A stretch of 64,000 nucleotides of DNA. Origin: Candidatus Latescibacterota bacterium. GTDB taxonomy: Bacteria > Latescibacterota > UBA2968 > UBA8231. Positions within the stretch are counted from its first letter, which is position 1. Every line of letters begins with the position of its first letter. Position numbers and translations under genes: made by a program. Location: positions 4,864,001 through 4,928,000 of the forward strand of contig OZ253462.1 in assembly GCA_965261395.1 (NCBI GenBank), given 5' to 3'. The notes under the pieces are model-generated. The model had not been told where the DNA came from and made no database searches. It saw only the letters and a program-made list of their open reading frames with translations. This document shows positions 50,253 through 61,700 of this stretch, one piece after another.

Positions 50253-53200
50253 CTACCCCTTTGACCGAAACCCCTCAACCAACCGATCAAACGCGGCTTC
50301 CATCCCAGACACATCGGTGAACTCGGCAAAAGCCCAGCGTCCGTAGTCCCCGTGATGATTCACACCAGGCACCCAATAGGTGTCCATGGTCGCCTTCTTG
50401 TCCTTGGCGTCTTCCCCCCTATAGCCCTTGATCTCGACGATCAGATTCAGCAGATCATCGTCGCCACGGCCATCATCAATGCGGACGATAAAGTCCGGAA
50501 GGTACGTCCGCGTTTCCGACCCGCGACGATAGGGTACCTCCAAGCCGAGATTGTGGTTCTTGACGTAGGCTTTGACGTGCGGATGGGATTCAGCGACGCG
50601 ACAAAACTCCCCTTCCCAGCCGCTGTCGAGGACCAGCCAATTGATGTGGCAACGGCGGGAATCGGCCTCCCAACGGCTGGTCTTGGTCGTGTTGAAATTC
50701 ACGTGGGCTGTCGAACCAACGGGATTGTACGGATCGAGCACCGCTTTGACCGGGCGACTGTCGATTCCTTCACGCGTGATGGCGGCAAAGATGCGCTCGC
50801 AGGCCGTGTCGGCCAGTTCTTGGTACATAAGTTGGGCGGGATACATGCCGCCCTTGCAGTCGAGGTAACTATCGAGCCACTGTCTGGCAATGCGCTTGAG
50901 CTGTCCGAAAAGATAGAGCTTAGGCTCTTCGCCCGGATCGCGGAACTTGGTGTAGAGCAGACGCTGGGTTAGGTAAAACAGCAGCGTCGAAGTCCGCAGA
51001 TCGTTGGTGTGAACCAGATTGAGATCGACGCCCTCGCCGATAATCCCCTGATTCCTCGTAATCGACGGACCAACCAGATCGGGCGTCAGTTCCAACACTG
51101 AGTCCCTGTTGAACTCGGCTTCGAGCCGCTCTTCCGGCAATTCCACTCGATACCCAGCCACCCGAGGAAAACAAATCTCCAGCGCATCGCGTTCGGGCCG
51201 CACGGCTCGCACCTGAACGGTCTCTCGCGGCTGCTTCTGCGGGGCTATGACGGGCTTGGCCGTAAAATCAAACGGGATGCCCAAAACATCCGCGTACTCG
51301 ACGTCGAACAAGCCGTCTTCGTTGAGCTCGTAGGATTGCCGCCGCAACGCCCTGCCAATGACCTGCTCACAGAGCAACTGCGTCCCAAAGGCGCGCACGC
51401 CCAGCACATGGCTGACAGTATTCGCATCCCACCCTTCCGTGAGCATCGACACCGACACCACGCAGCGAATCGAATCCCCCAGCCGCCCCGGCTTGCCGAC
51501 AGTATTCATAACCTCGCGCAGCAACTCTTGGTCGCTAATGTTCTCAGCTTGGCGGCGGTCACCGGTGCGCTCGATGATCTCTCGCCGAAAGCGGTCAATC
51601 TCGTCGGCGGCCATATTGCGGAAATTGCTGTCGAGCGCGTCGCCGGACTCTAGCTGTTCGCTATCAATCAACAACGTGCGAGGCCGTGAGTACCGGTCGC
51701 CCTGTTCGTCAAAGTTGCGGAACAGCGCTAGGCGACCGTTTACCAACGTCGTCAAGCCATCGTCGTTCCCGCGGTGGAAACCGGAGATATAGTCGTACAC
51801 CAGCTTGGAAGTCGAGGTATTATTGCAGACCACGATGAAACACGGCGGCACGCCAATGTTCGCCTCCTCCATCAACTCGAAAGTTTTCTGATAATGTCCG
51901 TACAGGGCTTCCAGCGCGGTCTGTAACTCCACGGGCAAGCTGAGGGGATCGAGGGTCTTAGCCTTGCCCCGCCCCTTCTTCGGCATGTCGCTGCGGATGT
52001 GTTCCCAGAGATTGCGGAACTTGGGCATTTCGCCGCCGGGAATGTTGTCGGCCACTGGCACGCGGGGCAGTTTGACGATACCGCATTCAATGGCGTCCAT
52101 GAGCGAAAAGTCGCACATCGTCCAGGGGAACAACGTGCCTTCGGCATAGCCCGACCCGCGCAAAAAAAAGGGCGTCGCCGAAAGATCCATCACCCGGTTG
52201 ATACCGAGCTTGCTGCCGACGGTTTCCAACCCCGAAATCCACAGCCGCGCCGCCGCCGTGTTCTTTTCAGCTTCCCTTCTGTCATCTCCCTTGAGCTCGC
52301 CTTCCTCCTCTTCGCCCGGCTTCTCGCGGTAGCAATGGTGCGCCTCGTCGTTGAGGATCAAGACTTTCTTTACGCCCATGAGTTCGGGCATCACCCGCTG
52401 CAGCATTTGCCCCTCGGTCTCCAGGGTCGTCAGCGTCTCGCCCCGTCCCTGAAGCAACGAACGCCCGCCTTTGGAAAGCTCCATGCGTTCGCGCAGCTTG
52501 AAGGCGTGGTAGTTGGTAATGACGATCTTGGCCTTTTCCAAGTCGGGGAGCATGTCGCTCGGAACCAACTCGCGGCTCTGATAGTAACTGTCCGGGTCGT
52601 TCGGTTGTAGCACTCGCAGGCGGTCCTTGATGGTGATACCGGGCGTGACCACCAAGAAGCCGCGCGTGAATCGGTTGCTTTGGGGCCGGCGCACCGCGTT
52701 GATGGTCTGCCAAGCGATCAACATCGCCATGACCGTGGTCTTGCCAGTGCCGGTCGCTAACTTGAGTGCCAACCTTGGCAGTGGCAGTTCTGGATTGGCG
52801 TCGTTGTTGGCGTTCGTCAGATGATCGAGGAAGCTCTTGCCGGCTCGGCCCGTGCGCGGCGCAACTTCGGTGATCCATATAGCAGTCTCTACCGCTTCGA
52901 TTTGGCAGAAGAAAGGCCGAATGCCACTGAAGCGGTGGTGCCGCCAGTGCTGGAGCAGGCGAGCCGTCTCCGGAGTAACCTGCCATTGGCTCGGGTTCGG
53001 TAGGTCTCGCCAGCGGTCAACCTGCTGACGAACCCCGTTGATGATGGCCGTCAGGTCGTATTGCTGGCCGGCGGCTTCGAGCTTCTGCGCCGCCTCGTCG
53101 AACACCAGCGCGGCTTGTTGCGCGGATCCCTTGCGCTTTTTGGGTTGCGGGATCGGCGAGACGAACTCGGCCGGTCGGCGGTGTTCGACGATCTGCTGGG

Positions 53201-53288
53201 TCGGCTGCCCAGTCTCGTCCAATTCCCAATGCCGGCTCGGGCGCTCGTAAGGCGAGTTGAGGACAGGCTGTTCAAAGAATTCAGTCAA
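50253..53288 (-). CDS. res: type III R-M restriction endonuclease/helicase (Res)
   Basis: LATGTGKT, NDEAHHCY, LTEGWD, EQVIGR and C-terminal PDF...EIKG nuclease. Confidence 0.9.
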   Translation of the reverse strand: MTEFFEQPVLNSPYERPSRHWELDETGQPTQQIVEHRRPAEFVSPIPQPKKRKGSAQQAALVFDEAAQKLEAAGQQYDLTAIINGVRQQVDRWRDLPNPSQWQVTPETARLLQHWRHHRFSGIRPFFCQIEAVETAIWITEVAPRTGRAGKSFLDHLTNANNDANPELPLPRLALKLATGTGKTTVMAMLIAWQTINAVRRPQSNRFTRGFLVVTPGITIKDRLRVLQPNDPDSYYQSRELVPSDMLPDLEKAKIVITNYHAFKLRERMELSKGGRSLLQGRGETLTTLETEGQMLQRVMPELMGVKKVLILNDEAHHCYREKPGEEEEGELKGDDRREAEKNTAAARLWISGLETVGSKLGINRVMDLSATPFFLRGSGYAEGTLFPWTMCDFSLMDAIECGIVKLPRVPVADNIPGGEMPKFRNLWEHIRSDMPKKGRGKAKTLDPLSLPVELQTALEALYGHYQKTFELMEEANIGVPPCFIVVCNNTSTSKLVYDYISGFHRGNDDGLTTLVNGRLALFRNFDEQGDRYSRPRTLLIDSEQLESGDALDSNFRNMAADEIDRFRREIIERTGDRRQAENISDQELLREVMNTVGKPGRLGDSIRCVVSVSMLTEGWDANTVSHVLGVRAFGTQLLCEQVIGRALRRQSYELNEDGLFDVEYADVLGIPFDFTAKPVIAPQKQPRETVQVRAVRPERDALEICFPRVAGYRVELPEERLEAEFNRDSVLELTPDLVGPSITRNQGIIGEGVDLNLVHTNDLRTSTLLFYLTQRLLYTKFRDPGEEPKLYLFGQLKRIARQWLDSYLDCKGGMYPAQLMYQELADTACERIFAAITREGIDSRPVKAVLDPYNPVGSTAHVNFNTTKTSRWEADSRRCHINWLVLDSGWEGEFCRVAESHPHVKAYVKNHNLGLEVPYRRGSETRTYLPDFIVRIDDGRGDDDLLNLIVEIKGYRGEDAKDKKATMDTYWVPGVNHHGDYGRWAFAEFTDVSGMEAAFDRLVEGFRSKG

Positions 53289-53344
53289 AACAATATCGAA
53301 GAATTAGGTAGTGAAAATACTCCAGCTCCATAGCCCCTTCCCAC

Positions 53345-54379
53345 TCACCCCTGCGGCATGAACATCAGCTTAATCCCCTCCTGCCCCTCGGCCATGTCAA
53401 AGGCCCGCTGCCATTCGCTCAGGGCAAAGTGGTGGGTGATCAGCTTCTCGCTGGGAATAAAGCCCCCCTCCATCAGCCGCAGCGCCCGCTTCCAAGCCGG
53501 TCGTCGCTGACCAATGCCGCCGGAGACCTGCAGCTCGTTGTAGGCAATCTTCTCGAAGTCGATCTCCACCGGCGCGCCCGGCAAACCCATCTGGGAGTAG
53601 CGCCCCCGCTTGCGCACAAGTTCCAAGGCCAAGCGCATCGCCGGTGCCACCCCCGCGCACTCGACCACCACATCCGCACCATAGCCGCCGGTCAACTCGC
53701 GCACCCGCGCTACTGGGTCATAGGCCGTAATATCAATGGTGTGTTGTACGCCCAATTCCTCGGCCAGTCGCAGCCGCTCGGTATCCCGCTCAGTACCGCA
53801 GAGGATCACCGTCCCCCCTTCAGCCAACGCCACCAGCGCCGAGAATAAACCCACCGGCCCAGGCCCGGTAATGGCGACGAAGTCCCCGGCGGTCACGCCA
53901 GCCTGCTCAATGACCGAATGCACACAGCAGGCCAACAGCTCGGTCAGGGCACCAGCTTCAAACCCCACGCCAGTGGGCAGCTTGTGGACGAAAGTCGCAT
54001 TGCAGTAGGGCGCGAAGCAGCCGTGGTGCCAGTAGCCCATGACCTTGCGCTCGGAGCAGAGGTTGTAGTGCTCGCTCAAGCAGTAGTCGCAGGTGCCGCA
54101 GATGTACACGCTCGGCTCGCCGGTCACGCGGTCGCCCACCTCGACGTGATCCCCAACTTCTTTACCCTTTTCCACTACCACGCCGCTGAACTCGTGCCCC
54201 ATGACGACCGGAGTCTGGATGTTGTAGTTGATGGTATCGCGGTACACGTGTAGGTCCGACCCGCAAACCCCGGTGGCTTGCACCTCGACCTTTACCTGAT
54301 TGGGACCGGGCGGCGCATCCGCTAAATCGCGCAACTCGACAAATCCGTCGCCCCGCTGGTATTTGACCACGCCCTGCAT
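53345..54379 (-). CDS. zinc-dependent polyol/threonine dehydrogenase family
   Basis: GVCGSD, GHEFSG, CGTCDYC...C and GPGPVG motifs. Confidence 0.9.
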   Translation of the reverse strand: MQGVVKYQRGDGFVELRDLADAPPGPNQVKVEVQATGVCGSDLHVYRDTINYNIQTPVVMGHEFSGVVVEKGKEVGDHVEVGDRVTGEPSVYICGTCDYCLSEHYNLCSERKVMGYWHHGCFAPYCNATFVHKLPTGVGFEAGALTELLACCVHSVIEQAGVTAGDFVAITGPGPVGLFSALVALAEGGTVILCGTERDTERLRLAEELGVQHTIDITAYDPVARVRELTGGYGADVVVECAGVAPAMRLALELVRKRGRYSQMGLPGAPVEIDFEKIAYNELQVSGGIGQRRPAWKRALRLMEGGFIPSEKLITHHFALSEWQRAFDMAEGQEGIKLMFMPQG

Positions 54380-54381
54380 CG

Positions 54382-55392
54382 CTATTCTCCTTCGGCTAAT
54401 TCGAGCCGGTCGCCCGGCTTGATCTCCCCGGTTGTGCGCAGCACTCGCAAGCTGGCGAGCCGGGTGCTGATGATTTCGGCGACCTCGACGAGGGCGACCG
54501 ACTCTTCCGGTGCTAATCCCTCGGCCTTTATCCGGTCGTTGCTCGGATAGACAAAAAAGCGCAACCGGGGCCGCACGCCGTGCTCGCTGCCGATATTGGC
54601 GTAAATGTCCTCGCTATACACGGCAATGACCTCGGGCCCATCGCCCTCGAACACCAAGCCCTCCGGCTCGAAAAGAGCAGCCACCTTGTGCACCAACTCG
54701 CCTACGGCCTCTACCGTCGCTTGGCCCAACAGGGTCTGGCTGAACGCCTCCGAGCCAAACTCTAGGTCCTTCAATCCGGCAAATTGCAAGTCCTGCTCGC
54801 GCGGCTTGCCCAACAGGTCTAGCCCTAGGTCGCGGTCGTTGAGCTCGCGCAGGGTCTCTGCCTGACCGATCGTGCCGCCGTCGGCAACCCGCGCGATCTC
54901 GACCCGCATCTGCGCCACGGCCGAATAGGATTTGTAGCCACCCAGCAAGGGATCCCCTACTGACAGGCGACGCATGTCGTAGTCCTGCAAAAGGCCCACG
55001 ACTACGAAATCAGCCTCCAACTCGCGGCCGATCGCTAGGGCTTGCGCATAGTTGGGGATCCCCAACTCCAGCGCCAACTCGGCGACCGCATCAAAAGGGA
55101 CGACCTGCCAATTGCGAACGGCCGCTAGCTCCGCGCTGACCATATTGGCCAGCTCGTATTCGACGTTCCACACGCCCTCGCGAAACCCCGACTCATCGAC
55201 AAACGGCACCACGGCCACAAAATCGGGCCGGGGGCCGGAGCCATAGTGCTGGCGCGCCTTCAAGTACTGCTCTAGCGCGCTCGGCGGTGGAGCAGGTGGC
55301 TCGGGTTGCTGCCATTCCCCCGGGCCTCCCGCAGGAGAGGTCAGGGGGGCGCAACTACACCATAAAAGAAATGCAACGGTCCATTTTTTCAT
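54382..55392 (-). CDS. putative lipoprotein, CsgG/FlgT-like
   Basis: Signal with Cys; VAVVPF.D; ADFVVVG...D; C-terminal IKPGD beta domain. Confidence 0.55.
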   Translation of the reverse strand: MKKWTVAFLLWCSCAPLTSPAGGPGEWQQPEPPAPPPSALEQYLKARQHYGSGPRPDFVAVVPFVDESGFREGVWNVEYELANMVSAELAAVRNWQVVPFDAVAELALELGIPNYAQALAIGRELEADFVVVGLLQDYDMRRLSVGDPLLGGYKSYSAVAQMRVEIARVADGGTIGQAETLRELNDRDLGLDLLGKPREQDLQFAGLKDLEFGSEAFSQTLLGQATVEAVGELVHKVAALFEPEGLVFEGDGPEVIAVYSEDIYANIGSEHGVRPRLRFFVYPSNDRIKAEGLAPEESVALVEVAEIISTRLASLRVLRTTGEIKPGDRLELAEGE

Positions 55393-55484
55393 CGCGAATT
55401 CCTAAAAGAAAAGGCACAGCCTTGTCGAGTGGCATAAAAAGCGACCTGCCCGATTCTATGTCAACGCGCGGCAGCGCGAGCGTC

Positions 55485-55513
55485 TTGACAGTGTTTTTCC
55501 CTGGCGATACGTT
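55485..55513 (+). promoter_or_regulatory. putative sigma70 promoter of addBA
   Basis: TTGACA-N17-TACGTT. Confidence 0.55.
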
Positions 55514-55552
55514 GGCAGCGCACCCCTCCACGCCACTTCCAACCTGCTGCTA

Positions 55553-58500
55553 ATGGGCGAACTGACTCTCATCTACGGCCCAGCTCATCCCGACAAGGCA
55601 TCGCCTGCGTACGAGCGCTGCTTAGCGCACCTCAACGCGGGCGACAGCGAGTCCTTCCTCTGGCTCTTGCCATCGCACTTCCAAGCCCAGCTCATGCGGC
55701 GGCAGCTCATCCGCGCCAGTCGCACCCGCCTACTCACCGGGCACTTGGCCCTCGATCTAAACAGTTTCATCGACATCCTCTACAGCCTCTGTCCCGGCCA
55801 GCGACCGGCCCTGCCCCTTAGCGCACATCGGCTCCTAGTCGAAGACGCCCTTGCAGACAGCGCGAACAGCGCGCCCTATTACAGCCGCCGACCCGAGCGA
55901 CTGAGCCGGGGGCTGACTCAGTTGTTCCACCGGCTGGAGGAAACAGGCACCCAGCCGAGCGACTTGGAGGGAACAACCCAGCGCAGCGCGGAATTGCAGG
56001 CTCTTTATGCGGCCTATCTAGAGCGCCTCGCGGCCGGCTGGAGCGGGAGCCGCGAACGCTTTGCCACCGTGGATACCCACCTCGATAGCTCGATTCTCGC
56101 CCAGCGCTTCCCCGGCCTCGGCTTGCTCGTGTTTTGTGGCTTTGTGGACGCTCCCGCACCTTTTTTGCCCGTGCTGGAGAAGCTGCTAGCCCTCGTTCCA
56201 GAATCCATCGCGCTGCTCGACTACGACCCCGAGGGTCCCGGTTTTTTTGCTCGCACGCGTCCCCTGTGCGAATTCCTCCGCGCCCGCGCCGCCCATGTCG
56301 AATACAGCGCCGCCGAGCAACACCCGGCCGCCGCGTTTGCCGGCCGCCTCTTCACCTACAGCCGCGACCACCTCGACGCGCCCGTAGAGCGAGTCGCCTG
56401 CCCGGATCGGGTCGGCGAAGTCGCGGCGATGGCCCGCCGCATCCGCCAGTTGCACCAAACGCAGGGCGTCGAGCTAGCGCAGATCCGCATTAGCTTCCGC
56501 AACCTCGATACCTATGCCGCACTCGTGGCAGAAGTGCTGCCGCGCCACGGCCTGCCTTTTTACCTCACGCGTGGGTGCCCCCTTTCCACGGCACCCGCAA
56601 TGAGCACCGTCTTCGCGCTCCTAGACGCGGTGTTAGAGCGCTACAGCCGTGCCGCGCTCTTCCGCCTGCTCAGCTTGCCCTTGGTGCGGCTGCGTTACCC
56701 ATTCGCGGGCCAGACCTGCACGCTCTCCGCCGCGGACTTTGCTGCGTGGACCTGCAACGTTTCGCCGCTGACCGGGCGTGCCGCATGGCTCGCAGCCATC
56801 GACGACAATTTCGCCTATTTAGAGCGCGAGCTAGGCATAGAAGGCGAGCCGGTCTCCGAAGAAATCGACGATCCCCCCACTTGGCGCGAGTCCTTGCGCG
56901 ACGAATTGGCGGCCCTCCAGCCCCTGCGATCCGGCCTAACCACGCTCTTTGACCTGCTCCAGCCCTTGGAGAGCCGCCAGGACCTGCCTTCCTTCCGCCA
57001 CCATCTGCTCCACGCCCTCGACGCGTTAGGTGTAGAGGATGCCCTCGCGGATGGAACAGCAGAAGACGGCCGGGCACTGGCGCGCTTTTTGGAGCTGCTC
57101 GACGAACTGTGCGCACCGGCCGCCGCCCTGCAGCCCCGCACCCTGAACCAGTTCGCCGACCTGCTGCGCGACGCCATTTCCCAAGCGCATGTACCCGCCG
57201 CAACGCGCGCTGGCATTCAGGTGACCGACCTCGCTGCAGCGGGCAGCGCACCCTGCGATTACCTCTTCCTCGGCGGGCTGGTGCAAGGCGAATTTCCTCG
57301 CTTGCCGCCGGCCGATATCTTCCTCGAAGAAACCCAGCGCCGCGCCCTAAACTTGGACGAGGACGCCACCACCGCGGCCGAGCGCTTGCTGTTCTACCGC
57401 GCCATATGCTCGCCGCGCCGCGGTCTCGGCGTCTTCTATCCCCGGCAATCGGGCAGCGAGATGCTCGCCCCTTCGCCTTTTGTCGACGAGTTAGACGGCC
57501 TGCTCGCCCCGCAGCCTGCGGTGGGCGAGAACGGTGATGCGCCGGGTACCCTTGCCGAGTTGCACCTCGAATTGGGCCGCGGCCTGTGCGCACCGCGCGC
57601 AACGTCCCTCCCGCCGCCTTTAGGCGGTGCATCCGACCCAGCGCGCGACGCCCTTGCACTCTACAGTCAGGCCGCACGGCTCGACGGCCACGCCACCGCG
57701 CTGCGCCATCTCGTGCGCGGCTTGCACATCACCGAGTTACGCACGAATTCCGAGGGTTTCGGCAGCTACGAAGGCGTACTCGACGAGACAGCGCTGCTCG
57801 CCGTGCTGCGCACCCGTCTCGGCGCGGGTCATTCTTTTTCGGCGACCCAATTAGAGCTTTACGGCCGCTGTCCCTTCCGGTTTTTTGCCGAGCACCTGCT
57901 CAACCTCCAGCCCCTCCGCGACCCGGAAACCGACGACTCGGCGCTCAAGCGCGGCAACCTCGTCCACCGCATCCTCTACCACTTCTATGCGGACCGTGGC
58001 GAAGCGGCCGAACGCGCGGAAAACTTGACCACAAACATCGCGGAGCTACGGAGTCTAGGCCACCAAGTCGCCGGGGAAATGAGGCTTACGGGCTTTTTCT
58101 GGAATCGGGAATTAGAGCGCCTGCTCGGATCGGACGATGGGGATGGGGAGCGCGAGGGGGTTTTGCCCCGCTTCCTGCGGCTGCAAGCGGCCACAGCCGA
58201 CCCGGCCGTGCCGACCCATTTCGAGTTGAGCTTTGGCAGCTACCCCGGCATAGGGCCGAGCGACTCGCAATCGACCACCACGCCCTATGCCATCGGCGAC
58301 CCAGAGAGCGGGGACGAGGTGCGGCTGTCCGGCAAGATTGACCGCATCGACCGCACGGCCGACGGCCGCTTCGTCGTCTTCGACTACAAGACTGGCCGCA
58401 TGCCCTCCGTAGCCGATATTGACACCGGCCTCAACCTCCAGCTGCCGCTCTACTTGCTAGCGGTCGAATCCCTGTTCGAGCAGGTCGGGCTGCGAGAAGG

Positions 58501-58798
58501 TGCTGGCGCGGCGTACCTGATGCTCCGCGACCTAGAAGACTGCGGCCGCAGCGGACTGTTCGCCGATGCCACGCATCGCAACACGGCCTATGTCACCAGC
58601 GGCCGCTACGGCATCTACGACCGCGAAGCGTATCGCCAACGCCTCGACGCCGTGCGCGGCTTCGTCCTCTCCTATGCGCGGGCCATGCGCCGTGGGGTAT
58701 TCCACACCACCGCTCACGACCCAGCCAAAATCTGCCCGCATTGCCCGTATCAACAAAGCTGCCGCCTCAATCCTCAGCGCATGCGGGCCTTGTCGTGA
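55553..58798 (+). CDS. addB: AddB-like helicase/nuclease subunit
   Basis: SATQLELYGRCPFRFF, GKIDRID..DYKTG..QLPLY and CPHCPYQQSC Fe-S cysteines. Confidence 0.85.
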   Translation: MGELTLIYGPAHPDKASPAYERCLAHLNAGDSESFLWLLPSHFQAQLMRRQLIRASRTRLLTGHLALDLNSFIDILYSLCPGQRPALPLSAHRLLVEDALADSANSAPYYSRRPERLSRGLTQLFHRLEETGTQPSDLEGTTQRSAELQALYAAYLERLAAGWSGSRERFATVDTHLDSSILAQRFPGLGLLVFCGFVDAPAPFLPVLEKLLALVPESIALLDYDPEGPGFFARTRPLCEFLRARAAHVEYSAAEQHPAAAFAGRLFTYSRDHLDAPVERVACPDRVGEVAAMARRIRQLHQTQGVELAQIRISFRNLDTYAALVAEVLPRHGLPFYLTRGCPLSTAPAMSTVFALLDAVLERYSRAALFRLLSLPLVRLRYPFAGQTCTLSAADFAAWTCNVSPLTGRAAWLAAIDDNFAYLERELGIEGEPVSEEIDDPPTWRESLRDELAALQPLRSGLTTLFDLLQPLESRQDLPSFRHHLLHALDALGVEDALADGTAEDGRALARFLELLDELCAPAAALQPRTLNQFADLLRDAISQAHVPAATRAGIQVTDLAAAGSAPCDYLFLGGLVQGEFPRLPPADIFLEETQRRALNLDEDATTAAERLLFYRAICSPRRGLGVFYPRQSGSEMLAPSPFVDELDGLLAPQPAVGENGDAPGTLAELHLELGRGLCAPRATSLPPPLGGASDPARDALALYSQAARLDGHATALRHLVRGLHITELRTNSEGFGSYEGVLDETALLAVLRTRLGAGHSFSATQLELYGRCPFRFFAEHLLNLQPLRDPETDDSALKRGNLVHRILYHFYADRGEAAERAENLTTNIAELRSLGHQVAGEMRLTGFFWNRELERLLGSDDGDGEREGVLPRFLRLQAATADPAVPTHFELSFGSYPGIGPSDSQSTTTPYAIGDPESGDEVRLSGKIDRIDRTADGRFVVFDYKTGRMPSVADIDTGLNLQLPLYLLAVESLFEQVGLREGAGAAYLMLRDLEDCGRSGLFADATHRNTAYVTSGRYGIYDREAYRQRLDAVRGFVLSYARAMRRGVFHTTAHDPAKICPHCPYQQSCRLNPQRMRALS

Positions 58799-61700
58799 AG
58801 CGCGCCGTCCCCCTAACTCCAGTCCAGCGCATGGCCCTCGACAGCCAGCGCAATATCGCGGTCACCGCTAGCGCCGGTGCCGGCAAGACCGCAACGCTAG
58901 TCGAGCGCTACATCGAGCTGTTGCGCCTGCATCCCGAGATCGGCGTGCGCCAAGTGCTGGCCATCACGTTTACCCAAAAGGCCGCGGCCGAGATGCGCGA
59001 GCGCATCGCTCGGCGGCTGTCCGACGCCCTCGACCAAGACCTGCCCGAACCAGAGCGGCAGCGCCTGCGGCAAATCCGCGCAGACCTGCCCGCGGCGCGC
59101 ATTTCCACCATCCACTCCTTCTGCGCGGCCCTGTTGCGCGAGTATCCCATTGAAGCGGATGTGGACCCGGCCTTCGCGGTCTTAGAGGGAGTAGATGCCG
59201 CGCAACTCCGGTCCCAAGCCGTGCGCCAAACCCTAGAGTCCCTAGCCCGAGCGCGCGACTCCGACCCGGACCAAGAAGCCCTGCGGCGCACCTTGGCCGA
59301 ATGGCCGCGCCGCTATCTCGAACAGGTCTTGGAATACCTGCTCGAAAAAAAGCATCTCGCCCGCTTGTGGTGCCGCCGCTACGCCGAGCAGTCGCCCGAC
59401 CAAATCCTCAGCGACTGGCGCGGGATGCAGCAAACGGCCTGTGCCCCTGCGTGCCATGCCCTACTCGCGGACACCCACTTCACCGCGATGCTCGCGGAGC
59501 TTGCCGCGCTCGCACCCCTAACCGACATCAGCGACTCAGCCGTCGAGCGGCTAGCTCCGCTCCGCGATCCCATGCGCCGGCTGAGCCAAACGCCCCCGCT
59601 CGACGAGGCCATAGAAATCCTCCCACGCCTAGCTGAGGGGCTTTTGACCAACGGCAGACCCCTCAGCGGCAGCCGACTGGGCAAGAAATCCAATTGGGAA
59701 GAAGCCGCGCTCGCCCGCGTCCGCGAACTCGTGCCCGCCTTGGGGCGCTGCTTGGCCCCACATACCGACCTCCTCGGCCTCAAACTCAGTGCGGCCGACG
59801 AGCGCGCCGCCGAAGTGCTACCCGCCCTGTCGCGCGTCTTTCTCCGCGCCGATGCGCGCTGTGAGAGCAGCAAAGGTAACGGCGGTATGCTGGACATGGA
59901 CGATCTCCTAGAGAAAAGCTACCAGCTCATCGCCGACGACGCGGATATCCGCCACCGACTGGCCCAACACTATCGCTTCGCGCTGATCGACGAATTCCAA
60001 GACACCGACCCCTTGCAGTGGGAAATCATCCGCTCGCTGGCGTCGCCGGACGGGCAAATGACCGGCGATAAGCTCTTCATCGTCGGCGACCCCAAGCAGT
60101 CGATTTACTCGTTCCGCGCGGCCGATGTCACCGTCTTCGCCCGCGTCCGCGACGCCATCGCGGAGGCCAATGCCGCGCACCAACGCGATTCCCGGCCCTT
60201 TTGCGACAACGGCGAGGTCCTCGACGCCTCTCCCACCGAGCGGCTCGGCACCCTCGTCATGGGCGAAAATTTCCGCACCCTCGCCCAGCCCATTGCCTTT
60301 GTCAACGCGCTCTTTCCCAAGTTTATGCAGGCGGTCCCAGACGAGCCTTTTCAAGTCGGCTACGACCCGCTCGTCGGGTGCCGTCCCACCAGCGCGAGCG
60401 CGGGTTCGGTCGAGCTTTTGCTCTTGCCGCCCGACGATAGCCGCGACTCGACGGAGGCCGCGCTAGGCGAAGCCGAGTTGGTGGCCCGCCGCCTGAGCCA
60501 CCTGCTAACGGGCAGCGACTTGCAGGTCGCCGACCAAGAGGGCTTGCGCCCGCCCGTTCCCGGCGACATCGCCTTGCTCCTGCGCCGTCGCCGCAATCTC
60601 TTCGCGTATGAAGACGCGCTGCGGGCCTGCGGCATTCCCTTCCAAGTCGCCGGCGGCCGGGGGTTTTACCAGCGCCAAGAAATCTACGACCTCGCCAATA
60701 TCCTCCGCGTCCTGTGCAACTCCGGCGACAGCATCGCCCTGATGGGCGCGTTGCGCTCGCCGTATTGCGGCCTCTCAGACAACGCCCTATACGCGCTGAC
60801 CGCGCCCCACGGTGGGCGGCTCGCAGAGCACCTCGCGGACGCCAGCCAGCGTCAGCACCTCGCCCCTGCGGACCAAGAAGCCGCCGCAGACGCCGTCGCC
60901 CGGCTCCAGCACTGGGAAGGGCTGTGCGACCGCGTGCCCCTTGTCGAGCTTTTGCACACCATCCTCGAAGACACTGGGGCCTGGGGCTTTCTCTGCTATG
61001 GCGAGCGCGGAGAGCAGGCTGTGGCCAACGTGCGCAAGCTCCTCGACCTCGCCCGCGAATTCCGCGGCCCCCTCGCCGATTTTGTGGTTCGCCTCGACTT
61101 GTTGACTACTGAAGAAGAACAAGAAGGCGAAGCGCTGCTCGACGCGGACGCCTTGCACATCCTGACCGTACATGCGGCCAAGGGCTTGGAGTTTCCCATC
61201 GTCGTAGTGCCCGACTTGGCCGCGAGATTTAATTTGCAAACTAGCGCGCCCGCGCTCATTGACGCGGAAAAGGGCCTCGGCTTGCGCACTCTCGACCCCG
61301 AGCAGGGCTATAAAAAAACCTCCTCCTTCATCCGCAGCCTCATCAACCGCAACGCAAGCCGCCACCAGCGCGCCGAAGAGAAGCGCCTGTTGTACGTGGC
61401 CTGCACCCGCGCCCGCGATCACCTGCTGCTCGGTGGCGCGCTTACCGACAAGCACTTCGCCGCCGACCTCGACGCGGCGGCGGACTGTCTCGGCTGGATT
61501 TGTGGAAGCTTAGCACTGACAGAGACCGACCTCGCCCGAGGCACCAAGGCAGTTGCCGGCGTGCCATCCCCCTTGCCCATCCACACCGACCCCAGTGCGT
61601 TCCCGGCCCCCGCAACCACCGCCTACACTGCCGAGCCAGCCTTTCGCGCCCTCGACACCGCACCTGCGCAAGCATCAGTCCCGGCGTTGGATCTACTGTC

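Noticed and set aside
39060-53340. Defence island as a prophage or ICE
   Set aside because: No integrase, phage or conjugation genes, and I found no flanking direct repeats.
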